Origin: a virus
Lineage: Duplodnaviria > Heunggongvirae > Uroviricota > Caudoviricetes
IMG/VR virus record: IMGVR_UViG_2872152978_000007
Length of the DNA stretch: 31,815 nt
Strand: one strand, 5' to 3'
This document shows, piece by piece, positions 11,689 through 22,078 of the stretch (positions are counted from its first letter, which is position 1; every line of letters starts with the position of its first letter). The notes beneath the pieces were generated by a model. The model had not been told where the DNA came from, did not search any database, and saw only the letters and a program-made list of their open reading frames with translations. The position numbers were made by a program, and so were the translations under genes.

Positions 11689-12594
11689 CTATATTTCCAG
11701 ACATCTGTTATCACTTAACCCATTACAAGCCCGCTGCCGCAGATATTCCCGTGGCGAGCGATAACCCAGCGCACTATGCGGATGCCATTCGTTATAATGC
11801 TCGAACGCCTCTGCAAGGTTCTTTGCTGCCGTTAACCCGTCTGGTTTGGGCATGATACTGATGTAGTCACGCTTTATCGTTTTCACGAAGCTCTCTGCTA
11901 TTCCGTTACTCTCCGGACTCCGCACCGCCGTGTTCTTCGGTTCAAGTCCCAACATCCGGGCGAACTGGCGTGTTTCATTAGCCCGGTAGCATGAACCATT
12001 ATCCGTCAGCCACTCCACTGGAGACGACGGAAGATCGTTGCCGAAGCGGCGTTCCACCGCTCCCAGCATGACGTCCTGTACTGTTTCACTGTTGAAGCCG
12101 CCGGTAGTCACCGCCCAGTGCAGTGCCTCACGATCACAGCAGTCCAGCGCGAACGTGACACGCAGTCTCTCTCCGTTATCACAGCAGAACTCGAACCCGT
12201 CAGAGCACCATCGCTGATTGCTTTCTTTCACGGCCACTCTGCCTGTATGTGCCCGTTTCGATGGCGGTACAGCAGGCTTTCGCTCAAGCAACAGCGCATT
12301 CTGGCGCATGATCCGGTAAACACGTTTGGCATTGATCGCAGGCATACCATCAAGTTCTGCCTGTCTGCGAAGCAGCGCCCATACCCGACGATAACCATAC
12401 GTGGGCAGCTCTCCGATAACATGGTGTATACGGAGAAGCACATCCGTATCATCAGTGTGACGACTGCGGCGGCCATCCATCCAGTCATCAGTTCGTCTGA
12501 GAATGACGTGCAACTGCGCACGCGACATCCGGAGACAACGGCTGACTAAGCTTACTCCCCATCCCCGGGCAATAAGGGCGCGTGCGCTATCCAC
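11689..12594 (-). CDS. insD: IS2 transposase InsD (orfB)
   Basis: 301-aa ORF ...[39 protein letters not shown]... Confidence 0.9.
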   Translation of the reverse strand: MDSARALIARGWGVSLVSRCLRMSRAQLHVILRRTDDWMDGRRSRHTDDTDVLLRIHHVIGELPTYGYRRVWALLRRQAELDGMPAINAKRVYRIMRQNALLLERKPAVPPSKRAHTGRVAVKESNQRWCSDGFEFCCDNGERLRVTFALDCCDREALHWAVTTGGFNSETVQDVMLGAVERRFGNDLPSSPVEWLTDNGSCYRANETRQFARMLGLEPKNTAVRSPESNGIAESFVKTIKRDYISIMPKPDGLTAAKNLAEAFEHYNEWHPHSALGYRSPREYLRQRACNGLSDNRCLEI

Positions 12595-12917
12595 TTTTTT
12601 GCCCGTCCATATTCAACGGCTTCTTTGAGGTGTTCATTTTCCATCGTTTTCTTGCCGAGCAGGCGCTGGAGTTCTTTAATCTGCTTCATGGCGGCAGCAA
12701 GTTCAGAGGCAGGAACAACCTGTTCTCCGGCGGCCACAGCAGTAAGACTTCCTTCCTGGTATTGCTTACGCCAGAGAAATAACTGGCTGGCTGCTACACC
12801 ATGTTGCCGGGCAACGAGGGAGACCGTCATCCCCGGTTCAAAGCTCTGCTGAACAATTGCGATCTTTTCCTGTGTGGTACGCCGTCTGCGTTTCTCCGGC
12901 CCTAAGACATCAATCAT
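12552..12917 (-). CDS. insC: IS2 InsC (orfA)
   Basis: [56 protein letters not shown]... Confidence 0.9.
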   Translation of the reverse strand: MIDVLGPEKRRRRTTQEKIAIVQQSFEPGMTVSLVARQHGVAASQLFLWRKQYQEGSLTAVAAGEQVVPASELAAAMKQIKELQRLLGKKTMENEHLKEAVEYGRAKKWIAHAPLLPGDGE

Positions 12918-13320
12918 CTGTACCCCAATGACTAGTCTAAAAACTAGTATTAAGACTATCACTTATTTAAGTGATACTGGTTGTCTGGAGATTCAGGGGG
13001 CCAGTCTAATCAGGCACCGTTTTACAACGGAAAATCGGATACCCGGACTGTTGACCTGTCTGATGCTGTATACCGGCGGCTGATACTGATGAAAGCCATG
13101 TCGAACATTACTGACTGTTCCGTTCCGGATATTAACCGGATGCTGAGATTTATGTTCGGAAAAAAACGGCGGGCTTATGTTCTGAATAATGGTGGGCTGA
13201 GGATGAGTTACATCTTTGAGTCCGCGCTCTCGTTGGCAGAACTGGCGATTATCCAGTCGTCGGGTGCACTGCCGTCCCCGCCGGGTGTTTATGTTTCAGT
13301 AGTTTTAAAGGAGTCCCGTA

Positions 13321-14706
13321 ATGAAGGCCAGTGATAAACCCCGCCAGCTGGCGGTCCCCTTTGCGAGTACCGGAGATAAAAACCGTATCCCGGACAAGGC
13401 GACACAGCAGACCAGAGAGAGCGGTAATGCTGCGTATGATTCAGGTTTTCCTCCGGTGACCATGACAGCGGTCTCAGCGGGAGGTATACCGCCACACGGC
13501 AAGGATTTTAACGGTCTGATGTACGATATTACCGCAGCAATACGGTTCGCCCAAGCTGGCGGTTTGTACACGTATAATGCCGGTTTTGCGGGGGCCATTG
13601 GTGGATATGCAAAAGGAGCCATTCTCGCCGGAGTCGCAACAACAGCGGTCTGGCTGAATACCACAGACGATAACCTGACCGATCCTGAAGGCTCCGACAG
13701 TGCGGGCTGGGTAAATCTTCTTGAGGATCCGAAAAGGATATTCCTGCGGCAGAAGAACAATCTGTCAGACCTTCAGAATAAAGGGACGGCACGGGATAAT
13801 CTTCAGGTTTACAGTAAAGAGCAGTCAGATCAACGCTATGTTCATCGGGAAGGCGATAAAATAACCGGAGAGCTGAAAATCCGTGGTGTTAATGCGCTGA
13901 GGATTTTCAACGAAGCTTTTGGCCTGATTTTTCGTCGTTCGGAAGAGTGCCTGCACCTTATTCCCACCAGTGAAGGTCAGGGGGAAAATGGCGATATTGG
14001 TCCCCTGCGCCCGTTCACCATTAATTTGCGGACGGGTGAAATATCCATGTCGCATAAAGTGTCTGTTGGCGGTGGTTCGCAGGTCAATGGTGCGCTGGGT
14101 ATCGGCGTTCAGAACGCCCTGGGGGGGAATTCAATTGTTCTTGGTGATAATGACACCGGATTTAAACAGAATGGAGACGGTATTCTGGATGTTTATGCTA
14201 ATAGTCAGCGTGTATTCCGCTTTCAGAATGGAGTGGCTATTGCTTTTAAGAATATTCAGGCCGGAACTGCCAGAAAATTCACGTTATCCAGCGCCAACAA
14301 CTCCACGAAAAATGCAGCGTTTTATTTGTGGGGTAATCCATCCTGGTCTGTTGTTGCAGAGCTTGGCGATGATTCAGGCTGGCATTTTTTCAGCCAGAGG
14401 AATACAGATAACAGCATCACGTTCGCCGTAAACGGACAGGTAATTCCGTTAAATTACGGAAACTTCGATGCCCGCTATAAATATCGAACAGAGGGGGTAC
14501 AGGATGTACGGTATGGCCATGAAATGTATTACAGCCCCGGCAGTAACACCGTTTCGTGGAGATTTCGCGCACCTTCGGGACACGGGCTGTCAGGGATAGC
14601 GATATCGGATACCGGCCGTGACTCAGCGGATAACGTCAACGGCGTGTATTACCGCCCGCTTCAGAAACTGATTAATGGCACCTGGTATAACGTGGCGAGT
14701 GTTTAA
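13321..14706 (+). CDS. Tail fibre protein
   Basis: 461-aa ORF with AAAGGAG ribosome-binding site; follows the gp48-like gene and precedes a tail-fibre assembly gene. Confidence 0.7.
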   Translation: MKASDKPRQLAVPFASTGDKNRIPDKATQQTRESGNAAYDSGFPPVTMTAVSAGGIPPHGKDFNGLMYDITAAIRFAQAGGLYTYNAGFAGAIGGYAKGAILAGVATTAVWLNTTDDNLTDPEGSDSAGWVNLLEDPKRIFLRQKNNLSDLQNKGTARDNLQVYSKEQSDQRYVHREGDKITGELKIRGVNALRIFNEAFGLIFRRSEECLHLIPTSEGQGENGDIGPLRPFTINLRTGEISMSHKVSVGGGSQVNGALGIGVQNALGGNSIVLGDNDTGFKQNGDGILDVYANSQRVFRFQNGVAIAFKNIQAGTARKFTLSSANNSTKNAAFYLWGNPSWSVVAELGDDSGWHFFSQRNTDNSITFAVNGQVIPLNYGNFDARYKYRTEGVQDVRYGHEMYYSPGSNTVSWRFRAPSGHGLSGIAISDTGRDSADNVNGVYYRPLQKLINGTWYNVASV

Positions 14707-14884
14707 CAATGTTGCATTTAAAAAATATTACTGCGGGCAATCCGAAAACCGTGGAACAATATCAGCTGACAAAACAATATGATGTCACCTGGCTTTTTTC
14801 GGAAGACGGAAAAAACTGGTATGAAGAGCGGTGATGCTGCCAACTTACTGATTTAGTGTATGATGGTGTTTTTGAGGTGCTCCA

Positions 14885-15160
14885 GTGGCTTCTGTTTCTA
14901 TCAGCTGTCCCTCCTGTTCAGCTACTGACGGGGTGGTGCGTAACGGCAAAAGCACTGCCGGACATCAGCGCTATCTCTGCTCTCACTGCCGTAAAACATG
15001 GCAACTGCAGTTCACTTACACCGCTTCTCAACCCGGTACGCACCAGAAAATTATTGATATGGCCATGAATGGCGTTGGATGCCGGGCAACTGCACGCATT
15101 ATGGGCGTTAGCCTCAACACGATTTTACGTCACTTAAAAAACTCAGGCCGCAGTCGGTAA
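14885..15160 (+). CDS. insA: IS1 InsA
   Basis: [40 protein letters not shown]... Confidence 0.9.
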   Translation: MASVSISCPSCSATDGVVRNGKSTAGHQRYLCSHCRKTWQLQFTYTASQPGTHQKIIDMAMNGVGCRATARIMGVSLNTILRHLKNSGRSR

Positions 15161-15204
15161 CCTCGCGCATACAGCCGGGCAGTGACGTCATCGTCTGCGC
15201 GGAA

Positions 15205-15582
15205 ATGGACGAACAGTGGGGATACGTCGGGGCTAAATCGCGCCAGCGCTGGCTGTTTTACGCGTATGACAGGCTCCGGAAGACGGTTGTGGCGCACGTC
15301 TTCGGTGAACGCACTATGGCGACGCTGGGGCGTCTTATGAGCTTGCTGTCACCCTTTGACGTGGTGATATGGATGACGGATGGCTGGCCACTGTATGAAT
15401 CCCGCCTGAAGGGAAAGCTGCACGTAATCAGCAAGCGATATACGCAGCGAATTGAGCGGCATAACCTGAATCTGAGGCAGCACCTGGCACGGCTGGGACG
15501 GAAGTCGCTGTCGTTCTCAAAATCGGTGGAGCTGCATGACAAAGTCATCGGGCATTATCTGAACATAAAACACTATCAATAA
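15205..15582 (+). CDS. insB: IS1 InsB
   Basis: [65 protein letters not shown]... Confidence 0.9.
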   Translation: MDEQWGYVGAKSRQRWLFYAYDRLRKTVVAHVFGERTMATLGRLMSLLSPFDVVIWMTDGWPLYESRLKGKLHVISKRYTQRIERHNLNLRQHLARLGRKSLSFSKSVELHDKVIGHYLNIKHYQ

Positions 15583-16053
15583 GTTGGAGTCATTACCTGA
15601 AGAGCTGAAGAATTTCGCCAGCGACACAATTAAAATAACTTACACCGGAGACGGTCGCGTGGTGTGGGTCGGTAAGGATGTGACAGGCATTGAACCCCGT
15701 AACGCCAGTGTTATTGAAGTTCCTGATATTACCGCCAACCGCCGCATTACCGCGCCGGGTTACTGGTTTTACCGCAATGATGAATTTGTCTTTGACTACA
15801 GACTCAAAGCGGAAGATGAGCGTGATGCCCTTCTGGCTCAGGTCAGTGCCCGGACAGGGGAATGGGAAGAAGACCTGCTGCTGGGGCTAATCAGCGACGA
15901 AGACCGGGAAAAACTGAAAGCGTACCGCATTTACGCGAAATCGCTGCAGGCGATGGATTTCAGTGTCATCACTGATAAAACCTCATACAACGCCATTGAA
16001 TGGCCCGCCTCTCCGGAAATTTCTTCCTGATTTAATTTATCGCGAGAAAAACT

Positions 16054-17466
16054 ATGTCTGTAGTGATATCAGGTGCGCTGACTGATGGCGCAGGTATCCC
16101 CATGTCCGGATACCATATTATTCTGAAATCCCGGGTAAACACCCCGGAAGTGGTGATGCACACTGTTGCTGATGTGATGACAGGAAACGATGGTGAATAC
16201 TGTTTCCATGCGCGGACTGGAAAATATGGTGTGTATCTGAAACCGGGCTGGCACAACGAGTACAACGTTGGCGACATTGCTGTATATGAGGACTCAAAGC
16301 CCGGCACGCTGAATGACTTTCTGATTGCTCCTGATGAGGGCGACCTGAAACCGGATGTCGTCAAACGCTTTGAGGAAATGGTGGTGCAGGCGCAGCAGAG
16401 CGCCGGGGCCGCAGCCGGAAACGCACAGCAGACGGCGCAGGATGTGGCGGCAGCCGCAACGGCCCGTGATGATGCACAACGTTTTGCGGAGAATGCCAGA
16501 CAGGATGCAACCGTCACAGCTGAGGACAGAAAGGCCACTGCGGAAGATGTGACAAGCACAGGAGCAAATGCAGCCGCAGCCGGACAGAGCGCACAGGATG
16601 CCGCAGGTTATGCCCGCGCAGCAGAACAGGCCAAAAATGACATTGATGCTGCGCTTACCGGCACTCTGAAAATGGCTAACCATCTGTCAGAAATCGCAGC
16701 AGCAGGCGAAAAGGCACAACAGAAGTCCCGGGATAATCTGGGGCTGAAAAGTGCGGCCACGATGGAAGCACAGAGCGACATTTACGACCGGACAAAAGGC
16801 CGTCTGGCGATACCCGGCGCATTCGGCTTTGGGTGTGCTTTTCTGCCTGAAGATGTTATCCGTTTTGACACTAAGAGTGATTTCCTGGCCTGGGTAAGGA
16901 ATGCGCTGCCAGGTGAGTATTCCGTTGCTGGCCGCCTGGGCATCATACCCGACACACGGTTTGAAGGGGTGCTCAGCATCCGGTGGACTGATGCACGCCC
17001 TGAGACAACAGAACCGCGGTACAGAGCCAAATCCCTTACTTTTTACGGCATTAACGGCCCCATTTATCACACCCGCTACTGCTACTGGCCCATATCCAGA
17101 CTGACTGACTGGGTGAAAATAAATATAACCACAGAAGATATTATTTACAGAATCGTGGCGAGCTCTGTCCGCAACAGATGGGGAGCCCCTGACATTGGCG
17201 GGCTGATTATTGCTGCGTACCAGGGAGACGCTGACGGTGATAAAGTCATCAGACTTGTCAGGGGGCAGTCATACAGAGGCTCACGACTGGGACCGGTGGG
17301 GATTTCAGTGCCCAGTACTCCCACCGGAACGTATATAGCATCCCCACAATTTTTCATTACGGGATGTTCAGAGCATTCATTACCGGGGTCATATTGCGCC
17401 CTGTCCGGGGTGCCGGATGCACATGTCTCTGGCGCAATGCCCGGGCTTTTTATTCGCACATCGTGA
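16054..17466 (+). CDS. Second tail fibre protein with lambda Stf-like N-terminal domain and Ala/Gln-rich shaft
   Basis: 470-aa ORF MSVVISGALTDGAGIPMSGYHIILKSRVNTPEVVMHTV...GDIAVYEDSKPGTLNDFL... resembling the prophage side-tail-fibre N-terminal domain. Confidence 0.65.
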   Translation: MSVVISGALTDGAGIPMSGYHIILKSRVNTPEVVMHTVADVMTGNDGEYCFHARTGKYGVYLKPGWHNEYNVGDIAVYEDSKPGTLNDFLIAPDEGDLKPDVVKRFEEMVVQAQQSAGAAAGNAQQTAQDVAAAATARDDAQRFAENARQDATVTAEDRKATAEDVTSTGANAAAAGQSAQDAAGYARAAEQAKNDIDAALTGTLKMANHLSEIAAAGEKAQQKSRDNLGLKSAATMEAQSDIYDRTKGRLAIPGAFGFGCAFLPEDVIRFDTKSDFLAWVRNALPGEYSVAGRLGIIPDTRFEGVLSIRWTDARPETTEPRYRAKSLTFYGINGPIYHTRYCYWPISRLTDWVKINITTEDIIYRIVASSVRNRWGAPDIGGLIIAAYQGDADGDKVIRLVRGQSYRGSRLGPVGISVPSTPTGTYIASPQFFITGCSEHSLPGSYCALSGVPDAHVSGAMPGLFIRTS

Positions 17467-17476
17467 GGAATGCACC

Positions 17477-17832
17477 GTGGAAATTAAAAAAATCATTAAT
17501 CCCCGTTATACCGAAAGTGGCGCAGTAGACTGTGACGTTTTTTTTGACGACAGGGACCAGGCAGTCCCCTACACAGCCACCGCTGATGATGTCGCTCCGA
17601 CGGGTCAGCAAATCTGGCAGGAACTGCAAAGCGGCAAATGGGGTGAGATAGCCCCATTCACTGTGACACCAGAAATGCAGGAAGCGGCCAGAGAGGCCAG
17701 ACGTCAGGAAATTGAAGCATGGCGCGCAGAACAGGAGGCGAAGCCGTTCACGTTTGAATGGAACGGTCGTATCTGGAATGCTGGTCCCGACTCACTGGGC
17801 CGCCTGTCCCCGGTAGTCATGCTGGCAAAATC
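17477..17832 (+). pseudogene. Tail-fibre-associated/assembly-like protein, 3' end truncated by IS66 copy 2
   Basis: GTG start with GAGG upstream; ORF runs into the IS66 terminal repeat where the IS-derived TAA terminates it. Confidence 0.4.
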
Positions 17833-17869
17833 GTAAGCGTGCAGCAAGAACCGTATTGACGGGGATGTG

Positions 17870-19408
17870 TTATTCAGTCGGCAGTGCTACGCGCCAGGGG
17901 AGCAGTTCGCCGACCCGGTTTATCGGCCAGTCGGCTATGACGTCAAGGACATAGCGGAGGTAGCTTTCTGGCTCCACTCCGTTCAGTTTGCACGTCCCGA
18001 TCAGGCTGTACAGCAGCGCTCCCCGCTCTCCTCCATGATCCGAACCGAAGAACAGGTAGTTTTTGCGGCCCAGACTGACCATCCGCAACGCATTTTCAGC
18101 GATGTTATTGTCCGCCTCAGCCCAGCTATCATCTGCATAGTACGTCAGCGCCGGCCACTGGTTCAGGGCGTATGCGAACGCTTTCGCCAGTTCTGAGTGT
18201 CGCGACAGGGTTTTCATCTTTTCACGCAGCCAGCTTTCCAGGGATTTCAGCAGCGGTTTCGTTTTCAACTGACGTTCGGCAAGGCGCTGCTCCGCCGTCA
18301 TTCCCCTTATCTCTGCCTCGATGGCGTACAGTTCGCCGATCCGTTTCAGCGCTTCCTCCGTCAGGGCTGACGGGGTGCGAACGTGCACATCGTGGATTTT
18401 ACGGCGGGCGTGAGCCCAACAGGCGGCTTCCGTTATCCGGCCATCCCGGTACAGCTCGTTGAACCCGGCGTATGCATCCGCCTGCAGTACACCACTGAAC
18501 CCCGCAAGATGGGTCTGCGGATGGATGCCTTTTCTGTCCGGGCTGTAAGCGAACCACACCGCCGGCGCCAGCGTTGACCCGGCGTTACGGTCGTCACGAA
18601 CGTAGGTCCATAACCGCCCGGTCTTCGTTTTCTTATTGCCTGGCAACAGCACCGGGACAGGCGTGTCATCAGCATGGAGCTTACCGTCAGTCAGCACATA
18701 ATCCTGAAGCGCTTCTTCCAGCGGTGACAGTAGCCGGCAGCATGCATCCACCCAGCCCGACAGCAGTGAACGACTCAGCTCCACGCCCTGGCGGCCGTAC
18801 ATTTCAGACTGGCGGTACAGCGGGGTGTGCTCTGCATACTTTGAGATCAGCACGCGGGCCAGCAGCCCCGGTCCTGCGATACCCCGCTCGATGGGCCGTG
18901 AAGGCGCGGGGGCCTGCACGATGGCATCGCACTGAGTACAGGCATGCTTTTCACGTACAGTCCGGATAACCCGGAAGACGCTGCGCATCAACTCCAGCTG
19001 TTCGGCGGCATCCTCACCCGGATAGCTCAGTGAGCCTCCACATTCCGGGCAGCATGACGCTGCCGGCAGCAGCCGTTTTTCATCGCGGGGGAGTGATTCG
19101 GGGAACGGTTTGCGGGTGCGGGTTTGACGCAGCGGGCGCTGCACGGCCGGGTCGTCAACCCGACCGGTAAGGGTATCACTTTCTTTCTGAAGTGCCTTCA
19201 GGTCAGCTTCCATCTGTGCGATACGACGGGAGACTTTTTCGGAGCGGCTGCCGAAGTTCATCCGGCGCAGCTTATCCAGCTGTGCCTGCAGATGGTCTAT
19301 TTCGCGTTCACGCTCGTTCAGCTTTTCCAGCAGGGCACGGTTCAGCGCCTCCTGTTCGGCAAGGAGACGTTTCAGTGCATTGATATCGTCAGGAAGTGAG
19401 CTGCTCAT
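17870..19408 (-). CDS. tnpC: IS66-family transposase TnpC (intact, 512 aa)
   Basis: Single [52 protein letters not shown]... Confidence 0.9.
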   Translation of the reverse strand: MSSSLPDDINALKRLLAEQEALNRALLEKLNEREREIDHLQAQLDKLRRMNFGSRSEKVSRRIAQMEADLKALQKESDTLTGRVDDPAVQRPLRQTRTRKPFPESLPRDEKRLLPAASCCPECGGSLSYPGEDAAEQLELMRSVFRVIRTVREKHACTQCDAIVQAPAPSRPIERGIAGPGLLARVLISKYAEHTPLYRQSEMYGRQGVELSRSLLSGWVDACCRLLSPLEEALQDYVLTDGKLHADDTPVPVLLPGNKKTKTGRLWTYVRDDRNAGSTLAPAVWFAYSPDRKGIHPQTHLAGFSGVLQADAYAGFNELYRDGRITEAACWAHARRKIHDVHVRTPSALTEEALKRIGELYAIEAEIRGMTAEQRLAERQLKTKPLLKSLESWLREKMKTLSRHSELAKAFAYALNQWPALTYYADDSWAEADNNIAENALRMVSLGRKNYLFFGSDHGGERGALLYSLIGTCKLNGVEPESYLRYVLDVIADWPINRVGELLPWRVALPTE

Positions 19409-19456
19409 ACCGGGTATATTACCAGGCTCATTCAGCGTCGACCAGGATAAAGAGGC

Positions 19457-19804
19457 TTACAACATAGTCAGGGACGTAAGCAGTCTTTTAGGCTGCCGCC
19501 AGTCGATACCTTCAAGGAGCATCGCCAGCTGTGCCGGTGTGAGGAACACTTTGCCATCCCGGGCTGACGGCCAGGCGAAGCGGCCGCGCTCCAGCCGTTT
19601 GGTCAGCAGACACAGTCCATCGCCGGTAGACCAGAGGAGCTTTACCTGACTGCCATTACGCCCACGGAAGATAAAAACGTGACCTGACATCGGATCGTCT
19701 TTCAGCGTCGTCTGCACCTTTGCCGCCAGGCCGTTGAAGCCATTTCTCATATCGGTGATACCGGCAACCAGCCAAATTTTGGTCCCGGAAGGTAACGGGA
19801 TCAT
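19457..19804 (-). CDS. tnpB: IS66-family TnpB
   Basis: 115-aa ORF identical to 378..725. Confidence 0.9.
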   Translation of the reverse strand: MIPLPSGTKIWLVAGITDMRNGFNGLAAKVQTTLKDDPMSGHVFIFRGRNGSQVKLLWSTGDGLCLLTKRLERGRFAWPSARDGKVFLTPAQLAMLLEGIDWRQPKRLLTSLTML

Positions 19805-20202
19805 CGCTTCAGTTCCTGTATCAGCAGAGTCAGGAGCTTTTCGCTGACATTGCCATTGAAGCGGAGCGTCCCGTGCCGGAACGTTACCTCACAGCTGATA
19901 CTGAGGGTTTCCGGATCCTCTGCGAGCGATTCTGGCTGTTCGGCAGCTGCATCGAGAGTCACAGGAAGTAGCTGGGGGCTCTCTGAAGAAGGTAATAGCA
20001 GCTTTCCCTCGCGCCATTGTTGTCGCCATTTGAACAACAGATTGGCGTTAATGCCATTTTCAAGAGCAAGTTTTGAGATGGATATCCCGGGTTCACAGGA
20101 GGCAGCAACGAGCTGCTGTTTAAATTCGGGAGGATAATTAGGGCAGCCTTTTCGCCTGCCGGGATTCACATTTTTCTGCATATCTGACACTTTGGTTCCC
20201 AC
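19801..20202 (-). CDS. tnpA: IS66-family TnpA
   Basis: 133-aa ORF MGTKVSDMQKNVNPGRRKGCPNYPPEFKQQL... Confidence 0.85.
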   Translation of the reverse strand: MGTKVSDMQKNVNPGRRKGCPNYPPEFKQQLVAASCEPGISISKLALENGINANLLFKWRQQWREGKLLLPSSESPQLLPVTLDAAAEQPESLAEDPETLSISCEVTFRHGTLRFNGNVSEKLLTLLIQELKR

Positions 20203-20273
20203 TACTTATTTGGTGGACACCACTTTGTCTAATTCGTCAGATTCTGACCAGACGGTTCAGGCTGTACGCTTAC

Positions 20274-20622
20274 GCATCAGCGTGCCGGAAAGTTTTTGTA
20301 GCTGTTCAACAGTCGCGCCCTTAAACGAACCGCTACGTAACCAGGCCGCCGATGGGGCAGGACTGAAACGGGAAAACAACAATTGCCCCGGCGTCCTGGT
20401 GGCATTTTTGAAGCCCTGGAAATAAAGCTGAGCGCGTGCGTACTCATCGGATAATGCACCAAAATACGCGGCCACATCATCCGGAGAGGAAAACGGAACC
20501 ACAGTGCCGACCGGAAGTAACGGATTACTGGTCAACAGCAGGCCGTTAAGATCGACGGCATTACCCGCCACAGCCAGCACACCGGGATTTATCTGTACAT
20601 CTTTACTGAGTGGAATTGGCAT
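20274..20622 (-). pseudogene. Contractile tail sheath protein, N-terminal 116 codons
   Basis: ATG at 20622 with GGAGG upstream; MPIPLSKDVQINPGVLAVAGNAVDLNGLL...KLSGTLM reads directly into the IS66 terminus; the 8 bp at 20274..20281 (GCATCAGC) are the exact reverse complement of 2349..2356. Confidence 0.8.
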
Positions 20623-21148
20623 TATCAGCCTCCGTTGTCCGGGTGATCACGTTGTCAAAAAACATCAGGGAAGTTGTGACCACAGGGTTAATCTGCATCT
20701 GAATATCAAGCGTCCAGCGCGGTTCATACTGTTGCTGACCGTTGGGGAATGTGGTGTTAAAGGGCTCTGAGCAATACAGCGGGGAAATCAGCCCACCGCC
20801 CTGCCGGAAAAGCCGTACGGAAAATTCAGACCGGAAAAGCGTTGCCAGCACCTGAGCGTTATCTGCCGCGTGAGGGCCGTAGAAATCAAGCTGGCAACGC
20901 CATTTTGTGGTACGGGTGATATGCTGAGAGCCCTCACCAGCCTGCGCTGGCGCAGAATATGCCACTACCGCAGTGGATAATCCGGTAACATCAATGCCCG
21001 TCATGGTGATGAAATTCCCCTGAGGCATCGGGACCTGGTTCTGCTGCGTTCGTTCAATCCCGGCATCAGAAAAAAGCCCCCGGTGATAATCACCGAGGGC
21101 CTGATAAAGAGCGCTTTCCGTAACGGAGAGGGTCACACCTGAAGGCAT
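20603..21148 (-). CDS. Phage morphogenesis-module protein immediately upstream of sheath
   Basis: 181-aa ORF overlapping the sheath start, same strand and operon. Confidence 0.5.
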   Translation of the reverse strand: MPSGVTLSVTESALYQALGDYHRGLFSDAGIERTQQNQVPMPQGNFITMTGIDVTGLSTAVVAYSAPAQAGEGSQHITRTTKWRCQLDFYGPHAADNAQVLATLFRSEFSVRLFRQGGGLISPLYCSEPFNTTFPNGQQQYEPRWTLDIQMQINPVVTTSLMFFDNVITRTTEADNANSTQ

Positions 21149-21498
21149 ACAATAACCCTCGTCCAGTCAGGCCAGATTTCCAGTACCTCAATCACCAGCC
21201 ACGTTTCATCGCCAATAACAAATTTATCGCCTCCCTGTTGCCGGGCACGGTTAAGCCCGCACCAGTTACCATCGGTATACAATGTGGCGAAAACTCCCTG
21301 CTGGTTAAGATTATCAAGATGACGTAAATCAGCCTGGGTGACAGCCTGCTTTTGCCCCCTGACGGAAACCGGATCTTCATACTCAGGTACGCGGGAATAA
21401 TCTGCCTGCTGTGTACTCCCGCGGGAACGATAAACCAGCGCGTCTGTAAAGGGATTTACCCGACGTACTGCGCCGGAAACAATACCGTGAAAGTTCAT
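21133..21498 (-). CDS. Phage structural-module protein (unassigned)
   Basis: 121-aa ORF overlapping both neighbours. Confidence 0.45.
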   Translation of the reverse strand: MNFHGIVSGAVRRVNPFTDALVYRSRGSTQQADYSRVPEYEDPVSVRGQKQAVTQADLRHLDNLNQQGVFATLYTDGNWCGLNRARQQGGDKFVIGDETWLVIEVLEIWPDWTRVIVCLQV

Positions 21499-21749
21499 TT
21501 TTTGCCCCCGTCTACAGAATAATCAACGCTGTCCATCATATGTCCGGTTTCAATAAGCGGGTTGTTAAAACCCTTTTGCCGGGCAGTGGATGCAGCGTTG
21601 GACGGACTTTCCCAGTCGCGAACAGACATCTGCAACTGCCCTTTGATATGTTCTCCCATACACACCAGAGCGGTCGCAGTATCAAAATCATTCGCCCGTA
21701 ATAAGGTCGCCATTTTTTCGCCCCATTCGGGACTTTTATGTTCGATCAT
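21495..21749 (-). CDS. Phage structural-module protein (unassigned)
   Basis: 84-aa ORF with ATGA-type overlap. Confidence 0.45.
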   Translation of the reverse strand: MIEHKSPEWGEKMATLLRANDFDTATALVCMGEHIKGQLQMSVRDWESPSNAASTARQKGFNNPLIETGHMMDSVDYSVDGGKK

Positions 21750-22078
21750 CTTACGGAAGAACGGACGGGGGGAATGGTGACCGTGTGCTCAGGAATAACC
21801 ACATCCTGAACAAAATTCCCTTTACCGGCTTTGACAAAGCGGTGCCCGGTTTCTCCCGTTTTTTCGTTATAGCGAAAGTGGAGCGTCTGCTCACGGGCGG
21901 GTATGACCGCTCTTCCACCAAACTCCTGAACTGCGGCAATATAAGCCACTGACGTACCGTCAGGGTAAGTTGCTCCCTCAAGAAAACCCACTTTGAGTTT
22001 TTTACCCAATGAAAGGTTCGCGGCAACCTGTTTCAGCTTCTGCCGGAACTGTTTGCCACCTGTGACTTTATTTACCAT
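21746..22078 (-). CDS. Phage virion morphogenesis / head-tail joining-like protein
   Basis: Likely start [41 protein letters not shown]... at 22078; the longer track ORF (to 22366) is an upstream out-of-frame extension. Confidence 0.45.
   Translation of the reverse strand: MVNKVTGGKQFRQKLKQVAANLSLGKKLKVGFLEGATYPDGTSVAYIAAVQEFGGRAVIPAREQTLHFRYNEKTGETGHRFVKAGKGNFVQDVVIPEHTVTIPPVRSSVR

Larger units (their letters stand above)
11678..13008 (-). mobile_element. IS2 (1331 bp)
   Basis: Termini TGGATTTGCCCCTATATTTCCAGACA (11678..) and ...GGAGATTCAGGGGGCCAGTCTA (..13008); insC/insD ORFs; flanked by 5-bp direct repeat ATCAG (11673..11677 and 13009..13013). Confidence 0.95.
11394..13334 (+). pseudogene. 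Mu gp48 / P2 gpI-like baseplate protein, interrupted by IS2 and with an additional upstream frameshift
   Basis: Frame ending ...DDPCPFNQ at the IS2 junction continues in frame after the 5-bp duplication as APFYNGKSDTRTVDLSDAVYRRLILMKA...; GTG start at 11394 is in a different frame, switching near the C4 run at 11437..11440. Confidence 0.55.
14830..15597 (+). mobile_element. IS1 copy B (768 bp; a different IS1 isoform from copies A and C)
   Basis: Termini GGTGATGCTGCCAACTTACTGAT... and ...GGAGTCATTACC; flanked by 8-bp direct repeat TGAAGAGC (14822..14829 and 15598..15605); InsA differs from copies A/C at several residues. Confidence 0.95.
14709..16030 (+). pseudogene. Tail fibre assembly protein (Tfa), interrupted by IS1
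   Basis: N-terminus [40 protein letters not shown] (14709..14829) and C-terminus LKNFASD...KAYRIYAKSLQAMDFSVITDKTSYNAIEWPASPEISS (15598..16030) join in frame across the 8-bp duplication. Confidence 0.75.
17833..20273 (-). mobile_element. IS66-family insertion sequence, copy 2 (complete, 2441 bp, inverted relative to copy 1)
   Basis: Imperfect terminal inverted repeats GTAAGCGTGCAGCAAGAACCGT (17833..) and reverse complement of GTAAGCGTACAGCCTGAACCGT (..20273); intact tnpA-tnpB-tnpC. Confidence 0.95.

Noticed and set aside
16032-17070. Minus-strand ORFs (175, 129 and 127 codons) antisense to the second tail-fibre gene
   Set aside because: Low-complexity Ala/Cys-rich translations of the antisense of the fibre's Ala/Gln-rich shaft; no independent support.
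1-20273. The two IS66 copies plus the intervening tail genes as a composite transposon
   Set aside because: The copies are inverted and their flanks indicate an inversion of resident prophage DNA; the enclosed genes are a disrupted phage tail module, not transposon cargo.
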